From: Thermodesulfobacteriota bacterium
GTDB lineage: Bacteria > Desulfobacterota > Desulfarculia > JACQYL01
DNA: 64,000 nt
Assembly (NCBI GenBank): GCA_963675595.2
Contig: CAXXLZ010000002.1
Location: 1,024,001-1,088,000 of the forward strand
Direction: 5' to 3'
In this document: one piece after another, positions 9,708 to 20,141 of the stretch
Layout: each line of letters opens with the position of its first letter
Numbering within the stretch: the stretch's first letter is position 1
Made by a program: the position numbers and the translations under genes
The notes under the pieces: generated by a model
Told to the model about the DNA's origin: nothing
The model's input: only the letters and a program-made list of their open reading frames with translations
Database searches by the model: none

Positions 9708-10035
9708 GCGGACGCCTCCTGCAATGATTTTTCAACGATGGTGCGGTCGGTGCTCCGCCTCCGGATGCGGACGCTCAACGACGTGAGAAACGTGGCTCGG
9801 ATGGTGATCACACGTTCCGGTACACACAGGCTTCGTTCTTCACCGGACCGAAACGGCAATGATGAATATGGCATCATAACGCGACGAGTCGAATACCGCC
9901 ACACGGAATCCGTCGGCAACCGGGTGCGATCCCGAAATTGTCCGGGATGACGATCCTCACTTTTTCGGATGATGTTCTGCGAATCCGGACCGGGAAAGGA
10001 ATCTGGGAGGTTTCGGCGGGAAGCGGCGGTCCAAC

Positions 10036-10230
10036 TCAAGAATATCGCTGCGGGTGTAAGGAGTAGGAGACTTGAAGCCTTCTCATGAATTCCGCCGCAT
10101 CATTCGGATAGCTTGTCTTCAGCACTTTCGGAAAAATCCGGTCGATGTAGCAGTCGTCACACAACATCTCGGAATGAAATTCTCTTCCCTCATCATCGGG
10201 AATGGTTTCACGGCACTGATCGCAGGTCAT
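10036..10230 (-). CDS. Small Cys-rich (CxxC...CxxC) putative zinc-binding protein, 64 aa
   Basis: MTCDQC...LCDDCY; co-oriented downstream of the LuxR gene. Confidence 0.6.
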   Translation of the reverse strand: MTCDQCRETIPDDEGREFHSEMLCDDCYIDRIFPKVLKTSYPNDAAEFMRRLQVSYSLHPQRYS

Positions 10231-10292
10231 TACTTTGCCCGTTTCCCCGGTCTGATGATGAAGAACGTTATGACGACATGCGCGGCGAGGGT

Positions 10293-11000
10293 TCACACCA
10301 ATCCTTGGCGAGCGGCCCAAACCGCGGCCTGGGTGCGGTCGTTGACACCCAGCTTGTCGAAGATATTGTCCACGTGGCGCTTGACGGTATGGGGGCTCAA
10401 ATTCAAGACCTCGGCGATGTGGGGCTTGCTGAGCCCTTGAGACACCAAACGCAGCACTTCCAACTCGCGCATGGTCAGCGCACGTCCCGACACCGTTGGG
10501 AAGGAGCGGGGCTCGGGATAAGATCGGTTCAGCTCCTCCAACGAACGTTCGAGAGCGGCGAGACGGCGGATTTGTTTGCCTTGCCGTTCTTTGCGGTGCG
10601 AAATGTCGAAACTGATTCGGGCGACCAGGAGCACACGGCCGCGGCGGTCCAGGATCGGATACGCTCGCGCCTCCCTCCAGAGCACTCGCCCATCCTCAAG
10701 AACGATTCGGCGCTCCACCGCATGAGTGCGACCCGTAGCCCACACGGTTTTCACCGGGCAAGCGGATTCGCAAACCTCGTCACGGCCGAAAAAGGCCTCG
10801 TAGCAAAACCGGTCCACAATGGGGTTTCGTTCCCCGGACCGGCCTTCAGGCAACAGCGGCTCCCTGGCCCACACGATCCGGTAGGCGGAGTCCATCACCG
10901 CCAGGGAATCTCCCAAACCGGCCAAAATATCCCACGCCGATAACGCCGGCATGACGCGATCACCCGGGATCGCTTCTCGATTGGACTTCAGAACGGACAA
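10293..11000 (-). CDS. PAS-domain LuxR-family transcriptional regulator
   Basis: C-terminal LTMRELEVLRLVSQGLSKPHIAEVLNLSPHTVKRHVDNIFDKLGV; Cys-containing PAS (CYEAFFGRDEVCESACP); GGGAGG RBS before TTG. Confidence 0.9.
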   Translation of the reverse strand: MSVLKSNREAIPGDRVMPALSAWDILAGLGDSLAVMDSAYRIVWAREPLLPEGRSGERNPIVDRFCYEAFFGRDEVCESACPVKTVWATGRTHAVERRIVLEDGRVLWREARAYPILDRRGRVLLVARISFDISHRKERQGKQIRRLAALERSLEELNRSYPEPRSFPTVSGRALTMRELEVLRLVSQGLSKPHIAEVLNLSPHTVKRHVDNIFDKLGVNDRTQAAVWAARQGLV

Positions 11001-11136
11001 CCCGTGTCGCCTCCCACCCGTTTCCTATCAGCCGTTGCCGGCCGCATTAATGGACTATACGGTATTCCTCGCGCTCGATCAATGCACCGTTACGTCTCAC
11101 AACCGACCCGGAAACCCTGTTGTCACGGGAAACCCC

Positions 11137-11170
11137 AAAAAAGGGAGGACCGCCTAAGAAGCCCTCCCTT
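11137..11170 (-). terminator. Rho-independent terminator after the DUF3795 gene
   Basis: Minus strand reads AAGGGAGG...CCTCCCTT followed by a T-run. Confidence 0.6.
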
Positions 11171-11218
11171 CACAATGATCATGCCTGCGCGCAGCACGCG
11201 GCGCCCGCACTTGTCCAA

Positions 11219-11372
11219 CAGCCCGTTGAAAAAGTCGGATGATTGGAGATTGTTGAAAAACGATGACATGCAAGGCGCGCAAATCCCGAGAAATGAGACG
11301 TACCTAGAAGTACGTCGCAGTGACGAGGGACGAAGCGCAACGCCGCAGATCGCGTTTTTCAGCGGTCGGCTA
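11219..11372 (+). repeat. MITE-like dispersed repeat, copy A (full length)
   Basis: CAGCCCGTTGAAAAA...TGTTGAAAAACGATGACATGCAAGGCGCGCAAAT...GATCGCGTTTTTCAGCGG; matches the copies at 36.5, 41.7, 52.6, 54.1 and 59.2 kb. Confidence 0.85.
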
Positions 11373-11840
11373 AAGGGACCACCATTTGGTGGAATAGGTT
11401 TCCCTCACCCGCAGGGCCTTTTCCTCGGCCCAGCGTTCCAGTCCCATCTTCCGGATCAGGCAAAGATTGAAGACCTTGGTGTTGTGAGGAACCTTGTCGG
11501 CGCGGTCGGCATAGGGATGCAGATGATCGCAGGGAAACTCATCGCACTGAAAACAGAAGTCCACTCCCTTTGCTCGGCTGCAGGCATAAGCGGGACATGG
11601 TTCGCCTTCGCTGCGATTGGAAACCATGGGGTTCAAGTGAAGTTTGATGCACCCCCCTTGGGGCCGGCACCCTCGGCAAAACATGACCTCAACGGGCACT
11701 CCCAGAACGCGTTGATACCGCTCCAACTCTTCCATTGCCCTCGAGTCTTCACGGGCGAGGTAGAAAACGCAATTGAAGCAGTCCAGTCCGCAGGGAGCGG
11801 TCTTGAGAAGATAATCCACGACCCGGCCTTCTTCGGACAT
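11370..11840 (-). CDS. Cys-rich DUF3795-like protein
   Basis: APCGLDCFNC, CRGCR, CPAYAC, FCFQCDEFPC. Confidence 0.8.
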   Translation of the reverse strand: MSEEGRVVDYLLKTAPCGLDCFNCVFYLAREDSRAMEELERYQRVLGVPVEVMFCRGCRPQGGCIKLHLNPMVSNRSEGEPCPAYACSRAKGVDFCFQCDEFPCDHLHPYADRADKVPHNTKVFNLCLIRKMGLERWAEEKALRVRETYSTKWWSL

Positions 11841-11861
11841 GAATACCCTCCTGTTCTCAGC

Positions 11862-12662
11862 TCATTTGCCGTGGGTTCGGGCGATCTTTTCGAACATGTT
11901 CGTCATGCCCGTACCCAGATAGCAGAGCGAATCGATGTTCAGGTTCTCTTCGGCATCGGCGTCCCAGAACAGACTGAGATCGGAATCCATTCCTTCTTCG
12001 GGCTTCCAGTAACAGATCAGCATGGGAACCTTGGGCAGCGGATAGAGCACCACGGCCACATCGGAATCGAAGGCCCGTGCCGGTTCCGCTTGGAACACAT
12101 CGATCATGGTTTCGAAGAGGTCGGTGCATCCGTCGATCACTTTCTTCAACGTCTGTACGCATCGGTGTTCGAAGAACCGGCCCCAGTCCGGCCCTCCCGG
12201 GAGGTCTCGGAGCGGTACCCATCGGCCCGACGGCTCCTTACCCGAGCAGCGAATGATGTAGTTCAACAAAGGCATCCGCAACCACATATTGGTATGGCAT
12301 GTGGAAGCCACTTGCCCTTTCCGATCCACCAAAAAATCCTTTCCGAGCATGGGAACGGCGAGTTTGCCGTCCACGAGTCTCGCCCCCAGTCTCGACGTGG
12401 CCGAGTCGAAGTCCGTTTGGGCGACTTGACGCTCCAACTCCTCCACGATTCCCTGCTGATCCTGGTCCAGCCTATTCTCTCCTATAGACTGAACCCGACA
12501 AGACTCCACCACTTCGCCGGCCAGATGGGGGCAATCGGCGAGGGTCTTTTTGCCCTGCAGAACGCCCACGGCAAAGGTCATACAGGTGGGCATGCCGCAG
12601 TCACGGCAATTGGTTTTCGGCAATATTTTCAGGATGTCGAGATAGTTGTTGGCTTGCGGCAT
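11862..12662 (-). CDS. Putative Fe-S cluster domain + DUF3786 protein
   Basis: N-terminal LPKTNCRDCGMPTCMTFA...CPH; start chosen at the ATG at 12662. Confidence 0.8.
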   Translation of the reverse strand: MPQANNYLDILKILPKTNCRDCGMPTCMTFAVGVLQGKKTLADCPHLAGEVVESCRVQSIGENRLDQDQQGIVEELERQVAQTDFDSATSRLGARLVDGKLAVPMLGKDFLVDRKGQVASTCHTNMWLRMPLLNYIIRCSGKEPSGRWVPLRDLPGGPDWGRFFEHRCVQTLKKVIDGCTDLFETMIDVFQAEPARAFDSDVAVVLYPLPKVPMLICYWKPEEGMDSDLSLFWDADAEENLNIDSLCYLGTGMTNMFEKIARTHGK

Positions 12663-12999
12663 AAGTTTCCTCTCTTCACTTAATTGACGACCGTCATATA
12701 AGCCCGTCCGGCAAGAAAAAACAGGTGCGCGTGCAGGAAACCACGGGGGTGTGTGCACGGAACACGGCGGCATGCCGAACACTGCATTTGTCTCCAGTCT
12801 GGACATGCTGACAGTTGAAGCCGCAAAAAAAATCACCCGTTCGGGCCATTTTGTGGACGATCGATTTCGTCCCTTTCATCGACCTCGTGCAGGTTGGGAG
12901 TTGCGATCAAGGAAGGCATCGATGCCGGGCCCGGGGGCCCTATCACGTGCGGAGAAGAACCATGCTCCTGCGAATCGTCGGTCGGGAACGCGGCGCTGT

Positions 13000-14205
13000 C
13001 TATTCATGCCTGAGCGCGTCGATGGGATCCAGCCGAGCCGCCTTTCGCGCGGGGAAATAGCCGAAAATCACCCCTATGGCGGCGGAGAAAAGAAAGGAGA
13101 CAACCACGATGCCCGCATTCAAGACAAACGGTACATCGAGAACGTCCGCGAGCCGCACCGATGCGGCGAGCGCCAGGGCGATCCCGATCAAACCGCCTAG
13201 AGAAGACAACACCGCGGCCTCGACCAGGAATTGAAGCAGAACGTCTCTTTCGAGAGCTCCGACGGCAAGCCGGATACCGATTTCCCGAGTCCGCTCGGTC
13301 ACCGATACCAGCATAATGTTCATGATGCCGATCCCGCCCACCAAAAGGCTGACCGCGGCCACGGCGCCCAACAAGGCGGTGAGCACCTTGGTAGTCCCGG
13401 TAAGCGTTTTGGCAATTTCTTTCATGTCCCTCACATCAAAGTTATCGTCTTCGCTCGGGGAAAGATGGCGACGTTCCCGCATCAATTGCCGGATGTCTCG
13501 TTGGACTCTCTCCGTGGAAGCATCTTCCCGTGCCGAAACAAGCAGGAGGCTGATGTCCTGATTCCCGGCAATACGCCGCTGGTAGGTGCGCAGCGGGATC
13601 ACGACCACGTCGTCCTGATCGCGTCCCATGGCGCTCTGTCCTTTGGGCTCCAACAAACCGACGATTTGACAGGAAACCTTCCCCAGGCGGATCTTGCCGT
13701 CCACGACGTTCCGTCGCCCGAAAAGCTTATTGCGGACCGTTTCCCCCAAAATACATACGGCCGCACCGGACCGGAGTTCACTATCGGTGAAGAGCCTACC
13801 CGAGGATAGTTTCAGGTTGCGCACTTTGAAATACGAATTTTCCGTCCCGGTGACCGAGGTGGACCAATTCGAATTGCCGAACACGGCCATCACGGAACCG
13901 GAGGCAACAGGAGCCACGGAAGCGACTGAGCCGACCTCCCGGGCGATCGCCAAAGCGTCCCTTCGCTTGAACGGTGGAGCGGTGGATCTTTGACCGGGTC
14001 CCATCCGTTTTCCCTGAGTCACGATCAGCAGATTGCTGCCCAGCCCGGCAATTTCAGAGGTGACTTGTGCGGTGGCACCCCCGCCGATGGTCACCAGAGT
14101 AATCACCGCACCCACTCCGATGACGATGCCCAGCATAGTCAGGAATGAACGCATCAGGTTGCGCCTGATCTCACGCAACGCAAGCAGAATCGTGTTCCAG
14201 AGCAT
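13000..14205 (-). CDS. MacB/FtsX-family ABC permease
   Basis: RSFLTMLGIVIGV, GGIGIMNIMLVSVTERTREIGIR, PARKAARLDPIDALR. Confidence 0.95.
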   Translation of the reverse strand: MLWNTILLALREIRRNLMRSFLTMLGIVIGVGAVITLVTIGGGATAQVTSEIAGLGSNLLIVTQGKRMGPGQRSTAPPFKRRDALAIAREVGSVASVAPVASGSVMAVFGNSNWSTSVTGTENSYFKVRNLKLSSGRLFTDSELRSGAAVCILGETVRNKLFGRRNVVDGKIRLGKVSCQIVGLLEPKGQSAMGRDQDDVVVIPLRTYQRRIAGNQDISLLLVSAREDASTERVQRDIRQLMRERRHLSPSEDDNFDVRDMKEIAKTLTGTTKVLTALLGAVAAVSLLVGGIGIMNIMLVSVTERTREIGIRLAVGALERDVLLQFLVEAAVLSSLGGLIGIALALAASVRLADVLDVPFVLNAGIVVVSFLFSAAIGVIFGYFPARKAARLDPIDALRHE

Positions 14206-14942
14206 CAGGTTCTCTCCCCGTTGCGTGCATCCGATTCCACCAGACCATCCACAAAACGGATGACGCGCTTGGCATAGGCCGCCATGTCCTGTTCATGGGT
14301 GATCATGACGATGGTGATACCTTGGTCCCGGTTCAAGGACACGAGCAGTTCCATGATCTCGCGGCTGCGGGCCGTGTCCAGATTCCCAGTGGGCTCGTCC
14401 GCCAACAGCATGGCAGGCCCGGTGACAATGCCCCGGGCAATGGCCACCCGCTGCTCCTGACCGCCCGATAGTTCCCCCGGAGTGTGAGACTCCCATCCTT
14501 TGAGCCCCACCGTTTCCAGGGCTTGCAAGGCACGTGCCCGTCGTTCTTCCGCGGGCACTCCGCGATAAATCAAGGGGAGTTCCACATTCTCGAGCGCCGA
14601 CGTGCGTTTCAGCAGATTGAAGCCTTGAAACACAAACCCTTGGTAATGGCGACGCAGCAGGGCCCGTTGGTTGGACGAAAGTTGCCCCACCTCAACGCCT
14701 TGGAACCGATAAGAGCCGGCACTCGGAGTATCCAGGCACCCAAGAATATTCAAGAATGTGGATTTCCCCGATCCGCTGGGCCCCATTACGGCCAGGAAGT
14801 CACCCTCGTGGATGACGACGTCGATGCCCCGAAGCGCTTCCACCGCTCCAGGCCCTTCGCCGTAGACCCTGCGTATGCCCTCGAACACAATCAAGGGATG
14901 GTCGGAAGGATTCACCTCGGAAGGCGAGTCGACCAGCTTCAT
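14205..14942 (-). CDS. ABC ATP-binding protein (MacB/LolD type)
   Basis: Walker A GPSGSGKST, LSGGQ, LLADEPTGNLD. Confidence 0.95.
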   Translation of the reverse strand: MKLVDSPSEVNPSDHPLIVFEGIRRVYGEGPGAVEALRGIDVVIHEGDFLAVMGPSGSGKSTFLNILGCLDTPSAGSYRFQGVEVGQLSSNQRALLRRHYQGFVFQGFNLLKRTSALENVELPLIYRGVPAEERRARALQALETVGLKGWESHTPGELSGGQEQRVAIARGIVTGPAMLLADEPTGNLDTARSREIMELLVSLNRDQGITIVMITHEQDMAAYAKRVIRFVDGLVESDARNGERT

Positions 14943-16228
14943 TTATCCGTCTCCACATAATCCACTATCAGGGCCGTCCCGGCTTTGATCTCCGGCGCCG
15001 TGACCTCGCTCATGATTCCGTTGGTCGCTCCGACGGTGACGGCCACCGCCGAGGGTTTCCCATCCTTCAGGATCCAGACTCTCTGTTGTTTCTTATTCTT
15101 CGCCTGTTCCTCTCGAGGCTTGGATGAGGATCGGGGGGGACGGGGAAGCAGCGTGCCGACCAAGCCTCGCGAGGGGCGCTCTTCCTCGCGTGCCGGAGGG
15201 ATGAAGCGCAAGGCGGAATTTGGAACCAGAAGAGCGTTTTCCACCTTGTTCACCGTGATATCGGCGGTGGCCGTCATGCCGGGTCTCAGAGACAGATCGG
15301 AATTGTTCACTTCCAACACGGTTTCATACGTTACGACCCCTTCCGTGGATTCGGAGCCGTAACGGACTTGAGTAATCCGAGCCTCAAAGGTCCTTCCCGG
15401 ATACGCATCCGTAGAGAACTCCGCAGTCTGGCCTTCCCGCACCTGACCCACGTCCGCTTCATCAACATCAACGTGCAATTCCATCTGGGTCAGGTCCTCG
15501 GCCAAGCTGAACAGCACCGGTGCTTGAAAAGATGCCGCCACTGTCTGCCCCGGCTCCACGCTTCGGGTCAGCACGATTCCATTGATGGGGGACCGGATCA
15601 CCGTTTTCGACAGGTCTGTTTCGTTGGCTTCAAGCACGCCCAAAGCCTGAGAAGCCGAGGCTTTCGCGGCGGCTTCATCCGCTTCGGCACGATCGAGAGC
15701 CGCTTCCGCAGCATCGATCTCGAGTTGCGACGGAACTTTGTTGTTGCTCAACTTCCTCACCGTTTGAAGCTGTTTCAGCTTGCTGCGCGTCTCCTTTACG
15801 GTCGCACGCGCCTGCAGGACTTTGGCCTTGGCCGCCTCCAAGGCCGCCCTGGATTGCATAACCTGCGCCTTGAGTTTGGTGGTGTCCAGTGTGGCCAAGA
15901 CCTGGCCGACCCGCACCCTGTCGTTGTAATCCGCCTCCACGGTTTTGATGATGCCGGAGAGCTCGCTTCCCACCTCAACTTCGTTGGTGGGTTCAAGATT
16001 TCCCGTAGCCGTTACGATAACCGTCAAGTCGCCGACTTGCGCCTCCTGAGTTTTGTAGAAAATCGAATCCGACTTTCCTGCGGACCTCCAAATCACAACG
16101 ACCACGATTAAGGCCGCAACCAGAATGATCGGTACGATCCGACGCCTGAGTCTCTTTCCCCGTTTCGAAGACTGGTCGAGTTTCAGTGTTCGCGCAACGT
16201 CCGATTCCGAAACGGAATGCGATTTCAT
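14939..16228 (-). CDS. MacA-like periplasmic adaptor subunit
   Basis: N-terminal TM, VEVGSELSG, coiled hairpin, IRSPINGIV, LRPGMTA. Confidence 0.93.
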   Translation of the reverse strand: MKSHSVSESDVARTLKLDQSSKRGKRLRRRIVPIILVAALIVVVVIWRSAGKSDSIFYKTQEAQVGDLTVIVTATGNLEPTNEVEVGSELSGIIKTVEADYNDRVRVGQVLATLDTTKLKAQVMQSRAALEAAKAKVLQARATVKETRSKLKQLQTVRKLSNNKVPSQLEIDAAEAALDRAEADEAAAKASASQALGVLEANETDLSKTVIRSPINGIVLTRSVEPGQTVAASFQAPVLFSLAEDLTQMELHVDVDEADVGQVREGQTAEFSTDAYPGRTFEARITQVRYGSESTEGVVTYETVLEVNNSDLSLRPGMTATADITVNKVENALLVPNSALRFIPPAREEERPSRGLVGTLLPRPPRSSSKPREEQAKNKKQQRVWILKDGKPSAVAVTVGATNGIMSEVTAPEIKAGTALIVDYVETDK

Positions 16229-16434
16229 GTCTCAGCTCCTTGAGGATATTTGCCTTCCCATCATTGACCGGAGAGGTCCGCCCCCGGTACCGCATCCCAT
16301 GTCCCGGGGTCGCCGGCGGAAAACGCATGTCCGTCGGATCCATGCCGTGGCACTTTCCAAATCTCGCGGGTCTCCGGGGCAACAGTTGAAGTTTTTATTT
16401 CGAGAAGCCGTCCAAGCGGGTGTCCATGGGCACG

Positions 16435-17892
16435 TCATCCCGGTTCTTGGGACGACAAGGGCCTCCAACCACCACCTAAGGCTTTGTAAAGACGTATGAG
16501 GTTGGTGGTCACCGCGCCTTCGCTCTGGGCCAGTTGATCCTGAAAAGAAAGGAGAGACCTTTGGGCGTCCAAAACGTCCGAGAAATCCATAAGCCCGGCC
16601 GTGTATTGGGCTTCCGCAAGGCTCGCGGCCTGTCGTGCGGCTTCCACGGCAGCCGTGAGCCTTTCTCTTCGAAGCTGTTCTTGGGCGTAAGCGGTCAACG
16701 TGTTTTCCACCTCTTCCAAGGCCCCCAGCACGGCCGCTTCGTAAGCCAGCAAAACCTGTTCCCTGACGGCCCATTGCGCTTCAATGTTATTACGAACGGC
16801 ACCGGCATCGAACACATTCCAGGAAATCGTCGGGCCGAAGCTCCAGAAGCGGCTGGACCAATCAAGTAGATCGGCCGACTTCGAAGACTCCAGGCCGATG
16901 GATCCTGCCAGACGAAGTCTCGGATAGAGTTCCGCCACGGCCACGCCTACTCGGGCGGTCTCCGCAGCCAATTGGTATTCGGCACGCCGAACGTCGGGTC
17001 GCCGGCGCAATGCCTCGGCCGGCACACCCACGGCAACCGAGGGAGGCGTGATCGGTATGGACCGGTGCTCTTCCAGCATTTCGTGAAGCGTTCCGGGCGC
17101 ACGTGCCGTCAAAACGGCCAGTCGATTCAGGGTCTCTTCCAGCCCTGTGCGAAGCGTCGGAATCCGGGAACGGGTATTCTCTAGGTTGTAACGTGCCTGC
17201 TGAACGGCCAATTCGTTGCCCAGACCTGCTTGATAACGGAATCGCGCAATCTCGAATGTCTCTCGCTGGGCGTCAAGGTTGGCTTGGGCCAGGTCAAGCC
17301 GGGTTTGATACGTACGGACCTCCACGTAATTGAGAGCCACCTCCGCGAGAAGCGATACCAGCACATCGTTGAGATCTTCTCCCGCAGCCTGCAAATCGGC
17401 GTCCGCCGCTTCCACGGATCTCCGGACGCCGCCGAAAATATCGATTTCCCAGCCGGCGTCAAAGGACGTCATGAAAAGCGTGTTGGTGTTCCCGGTACCT
17501 ACGTTCCCACTACTACGACTCTTTGAGACGGAGGCGTCCACATCCAAGACGGGAAACAGATCGGCCTTTGTGATGCCGCGTCGAGCCCGTGCCTCACGCA
17601 CACGGGATTCAGCCTGTTTCATTTCGAGGTTGCCTTCCACCACCAGAGCGATCAACTCGGACAAGTCCGGGTCGCTCAGGGTGCGCCACCATTCGGCAAG
17701 GCCTTCGGAATCCGGGGGACCGGGTCGTAGGCCTTCCATGAGTTCAGTGTGCCAGGTCTTGGGTGCCGTTTGCGGAGGGGGAACATGATCCGGCCCCACT
17801 GCGGCGCAAGCGGCGAACATCATCATGATCGCCGGTACGCAGATTGCCCAAAAAGCTCTTCCGGCGAGTACCCCCTCTCCCGGTGCCGACAT
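16435..17892 (-). CDS. NodT/OprM-family outer-membrane efflux lipoprotein
   Basis: Lipobox FAAC, WEIDIFGG, RRPDVRRAE, LYKALGGGW; start uncertain (17892-17955). Confidence 0.92.
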   Translation of the reverse strand: MSAPGEGVLAGRAFWAICVPAIMMMFAACAAVGPDHVPPPQTAPKTWHTELMEGLRPGPPDSEGLAEWWRTLSDPDLSELIALVVEGNLEMKQAESRVREARARRGITKADLFPVLDVDASVSKSRSSGNVGTGNTNTLFMTSFDAGWEIDIFGGVRRSVEAADADLQAAGEDLNDVLVSLLAEVALNYVEVRTYQTRLDLAQANLDAQRETFEIARFRYQAGLGNELAVQQARYNLENTRSRIPTLRTGLEETLNRLAVLTARAPGTLHEMLEEHRSIPITPPSVAVGVPAEALRRRPDVRRAEYQLAAETARVGVAVAELYPRLRLAGSIGLESSKSADLLDWSSRFWSFGPTISWNVFDAGAVRNNIEAQWAVREQVLLAYEAAVLGALEEVENTLTAYAQEQLRRERLTAAVEAARQAASLAEAQYTAGLMDFSDVLDAQRSLLSFQDQLAQSEGAVTTNLIRLYKALGGGWRPLSSQEPG

Positions 17893-18945
17893 TTCCCTAT
17901 GGCGTTTCTCTTTCATTCGTATTGACCCCGATAGCGGGCCGCGCGCTCGTTCCATGAGACATCCGTTCCGGACTCTAATTTCAGCGTCTCGTCTCGCTAA
18001 GTATTATTCCAGCTACACCTGCCGGCCGGGAAGGCCGACCTCCGTTTCAACGGATTCCGGCAGACTTTTGCGGACTCAAGAAATCTCACCGCCCAATCCC
18101 CTATAGAAGCCAAGTCGGAATCTCCTACCGGGACGGCTCCTGTACGATACGAAAGCCGTTCCTCCTTCCGCTTTCCTTTGCGACAATGCTCGGGCTCCGA
18201 AGAGGAAATTTCGGCAAGAAAACGACTCTCCCAATCCCAGCCGGCATTGATCAGGGAAATTTCAGCATCATAGGCAAGATATTATGCCATGTCTCCCGGA
18301 AAAAGCGTTTCCACGTGTTCCGACACCCTCTTTACGTTTCTTATCCTTATGAAGAGACGAACGTTCTCCCTTAGGGGAGGCAGGCATTCGAACAAGGGAA
18401 GGCTCATTTGGATCGGCTCTTTTCTCATTCCGCCGAAGGGTACAATCAAGCCGCTCTTAGGTTTCGACCACCATCATCGTCTCAACGTTTATCCAAGCAA
18501 CAATTGTTTACCCAAAACTTCGAAGGCTGGAAGATCGGGATCCCCGGCAACTTGCCTGTCTTCTTCCGACCAACCCCCATCCGTTATGACGCCGACCAAC
18601 ATTGACTTCAAAGAACGACGGGACTAAAAGAAACAGTGTCGATGCAGCTGCGGGAGCCGATTCATCTCACGGCCGTCAAAGGCTCCGGTGAAAACCAATT
18701 TCCAGGACCGCAGAGAAACCGCCCCCCCGCCGAAGACTCGATGAACCCCGGGCAGGGAAGTCCGAATTTGCCGACGTTACGTCCGGTGACTGCGTACGGC
18801 TCAGGTGTTTCCGGGAGCCGGACGCTCCCTGGAAGAAGGTGGAATATTTCCATGCGAAAGGGCTTGCAGCTGTCCGGGATATTGGGGCCCGACTTCACCC
18901 ACGGCATACACCCCATTCGCCCACAACCGGAATGGGAGACGCCCT

Positions 18946-19593
18946 ATGACTCTCAAAATCATGCTCGCCGATGACCACAAAGTGTTGCTGGAAGGACTGC
19001 GCGCTCTCATCAGCCAAGTGAAGAATCTTTCCGTTGAGGGTACCGCGCTTACGGGAAGGGAAGCGCTTCGACTGGCCGATGAGATCAAACCCGATATCGT
19101 CATCATGGACATCGGCATGCCGGACCTGAACGGCATCGAAGCGACCCGACGGATATTGACCAACCACCCTGGGACCAAGGTCATTGCATTATCCGTCCAT
19201 TCCGAAAGCAGGTATGTGACGGAGATGATTCGGGCCGGTGCCTCGGGTTACGTCCTGAAACAGTGCGCTTTCGAAGAAATCGAGCGGGCCATCGAAGCGG
19301 TCGCCGCTCATCAGGCCTACCTCAGTCCCGGAGTGGCGCGTGAGGTGTTCCGCCGACTCTCGGACCCCGAGACACAGGAACAGGAATCCGCCTTTTCAAC
19401 GCTTTCTTCCAGAGAACGAGAGATACTCCAGTTGTTGGCCGAGGGCAAGACCTCCCGTGAAGTATCGGAAACGATCAACATCAGTGTGAAAACCGTGGAC
19501 ACGCACAAACAAAACGTGATGCGAAAGTTGAATCTGGGGAGCTTCGCCGACCTCGTCAAGTATGCGGTGCGCCAGGGTTTGACGCCGTTATGA
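18946..19593 (+). CDS. NarL/FixJ-family response regulator, copy 1
   Basis: LADDH, MDIGMP, Lux[13 protein letters not shown]; ATG at 18946. Confidence 0.95.
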   Translation: MTLKIMLADDHKVLLEGLRALISQVKNLSVEGTALTGREALRLADEIKPDIVIMDIGMPDLNGIEATRRILTNHPGTKVIALSVHSESRYVTEMIRAGASGYVLKQCAFEEIERAIEAVAAHQAYLSPGVAREVFRRLSDPETQEQESAFSTLSSREREILQLLAEGKTSREVSETINISVKTVDTHKQNVMRKLNLGSFADLVKYAVRQGLTPL

Positions 19594-20141
19594 AGCACCA
19601 TGCGGCTCCGAGATTCGGGGCCTCCATTGCCCTCTGAATAAACTCCCGGGTCCGCATCCGGCCCCCGGATCGACTCCCAGCCTTCTTTGGGCACCTAATG
19701 CGCCGCAATGCAATGACAAGGCGACGAATTACTCCAAGCGGCATTGGTTCAGCAAAGAAATCCGATTCCTTCGGACCGGACTCGATGCAAGCCCCCTCCC
19801 GCCCAACGGCGCCTGTAACGGGCGCCCACCGCACGATTGACTTCATGGCATCTCGGGATTACAAAGGATCATGCGAGGCGAACCGGGGACCCATAATGTG
19901 CAGTGGCCACCGATGGATGGAGAGACGAGCCCGCCCCACGACCATCCGAAGAACGACTATTCGTCCCAAACTCGATGAATGAGGGCAAAGCTTCCGAATG
20001 GTCCGACGGGGTTGCGAAGCCCTCCGGAAATAAGGTGCGGTCCGTACACGTGTACTCTGAATCCTTCAGTCGAACACCCGCGGACCTCGCACGACTTCAA
20101 TGTTCGTGCACGTCGCTTGCCGCCGCTCAAGAAACGCGCGG

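Noticed and set aside
11268-11372. Recurrent peptide MQGAQIPRNETYLEVRRSDEG (also near 52.7 and 59.2 kb)
   Set aside because: Translation of the dispersed repeat; frames and stops are not preserved across copies
17960-18940. Short ORFs in the 1-kb gap between the exporter and the response regulator
   Set aside because: No recognisable motifs or RBS; may be decayed sequence but cannot be assigned
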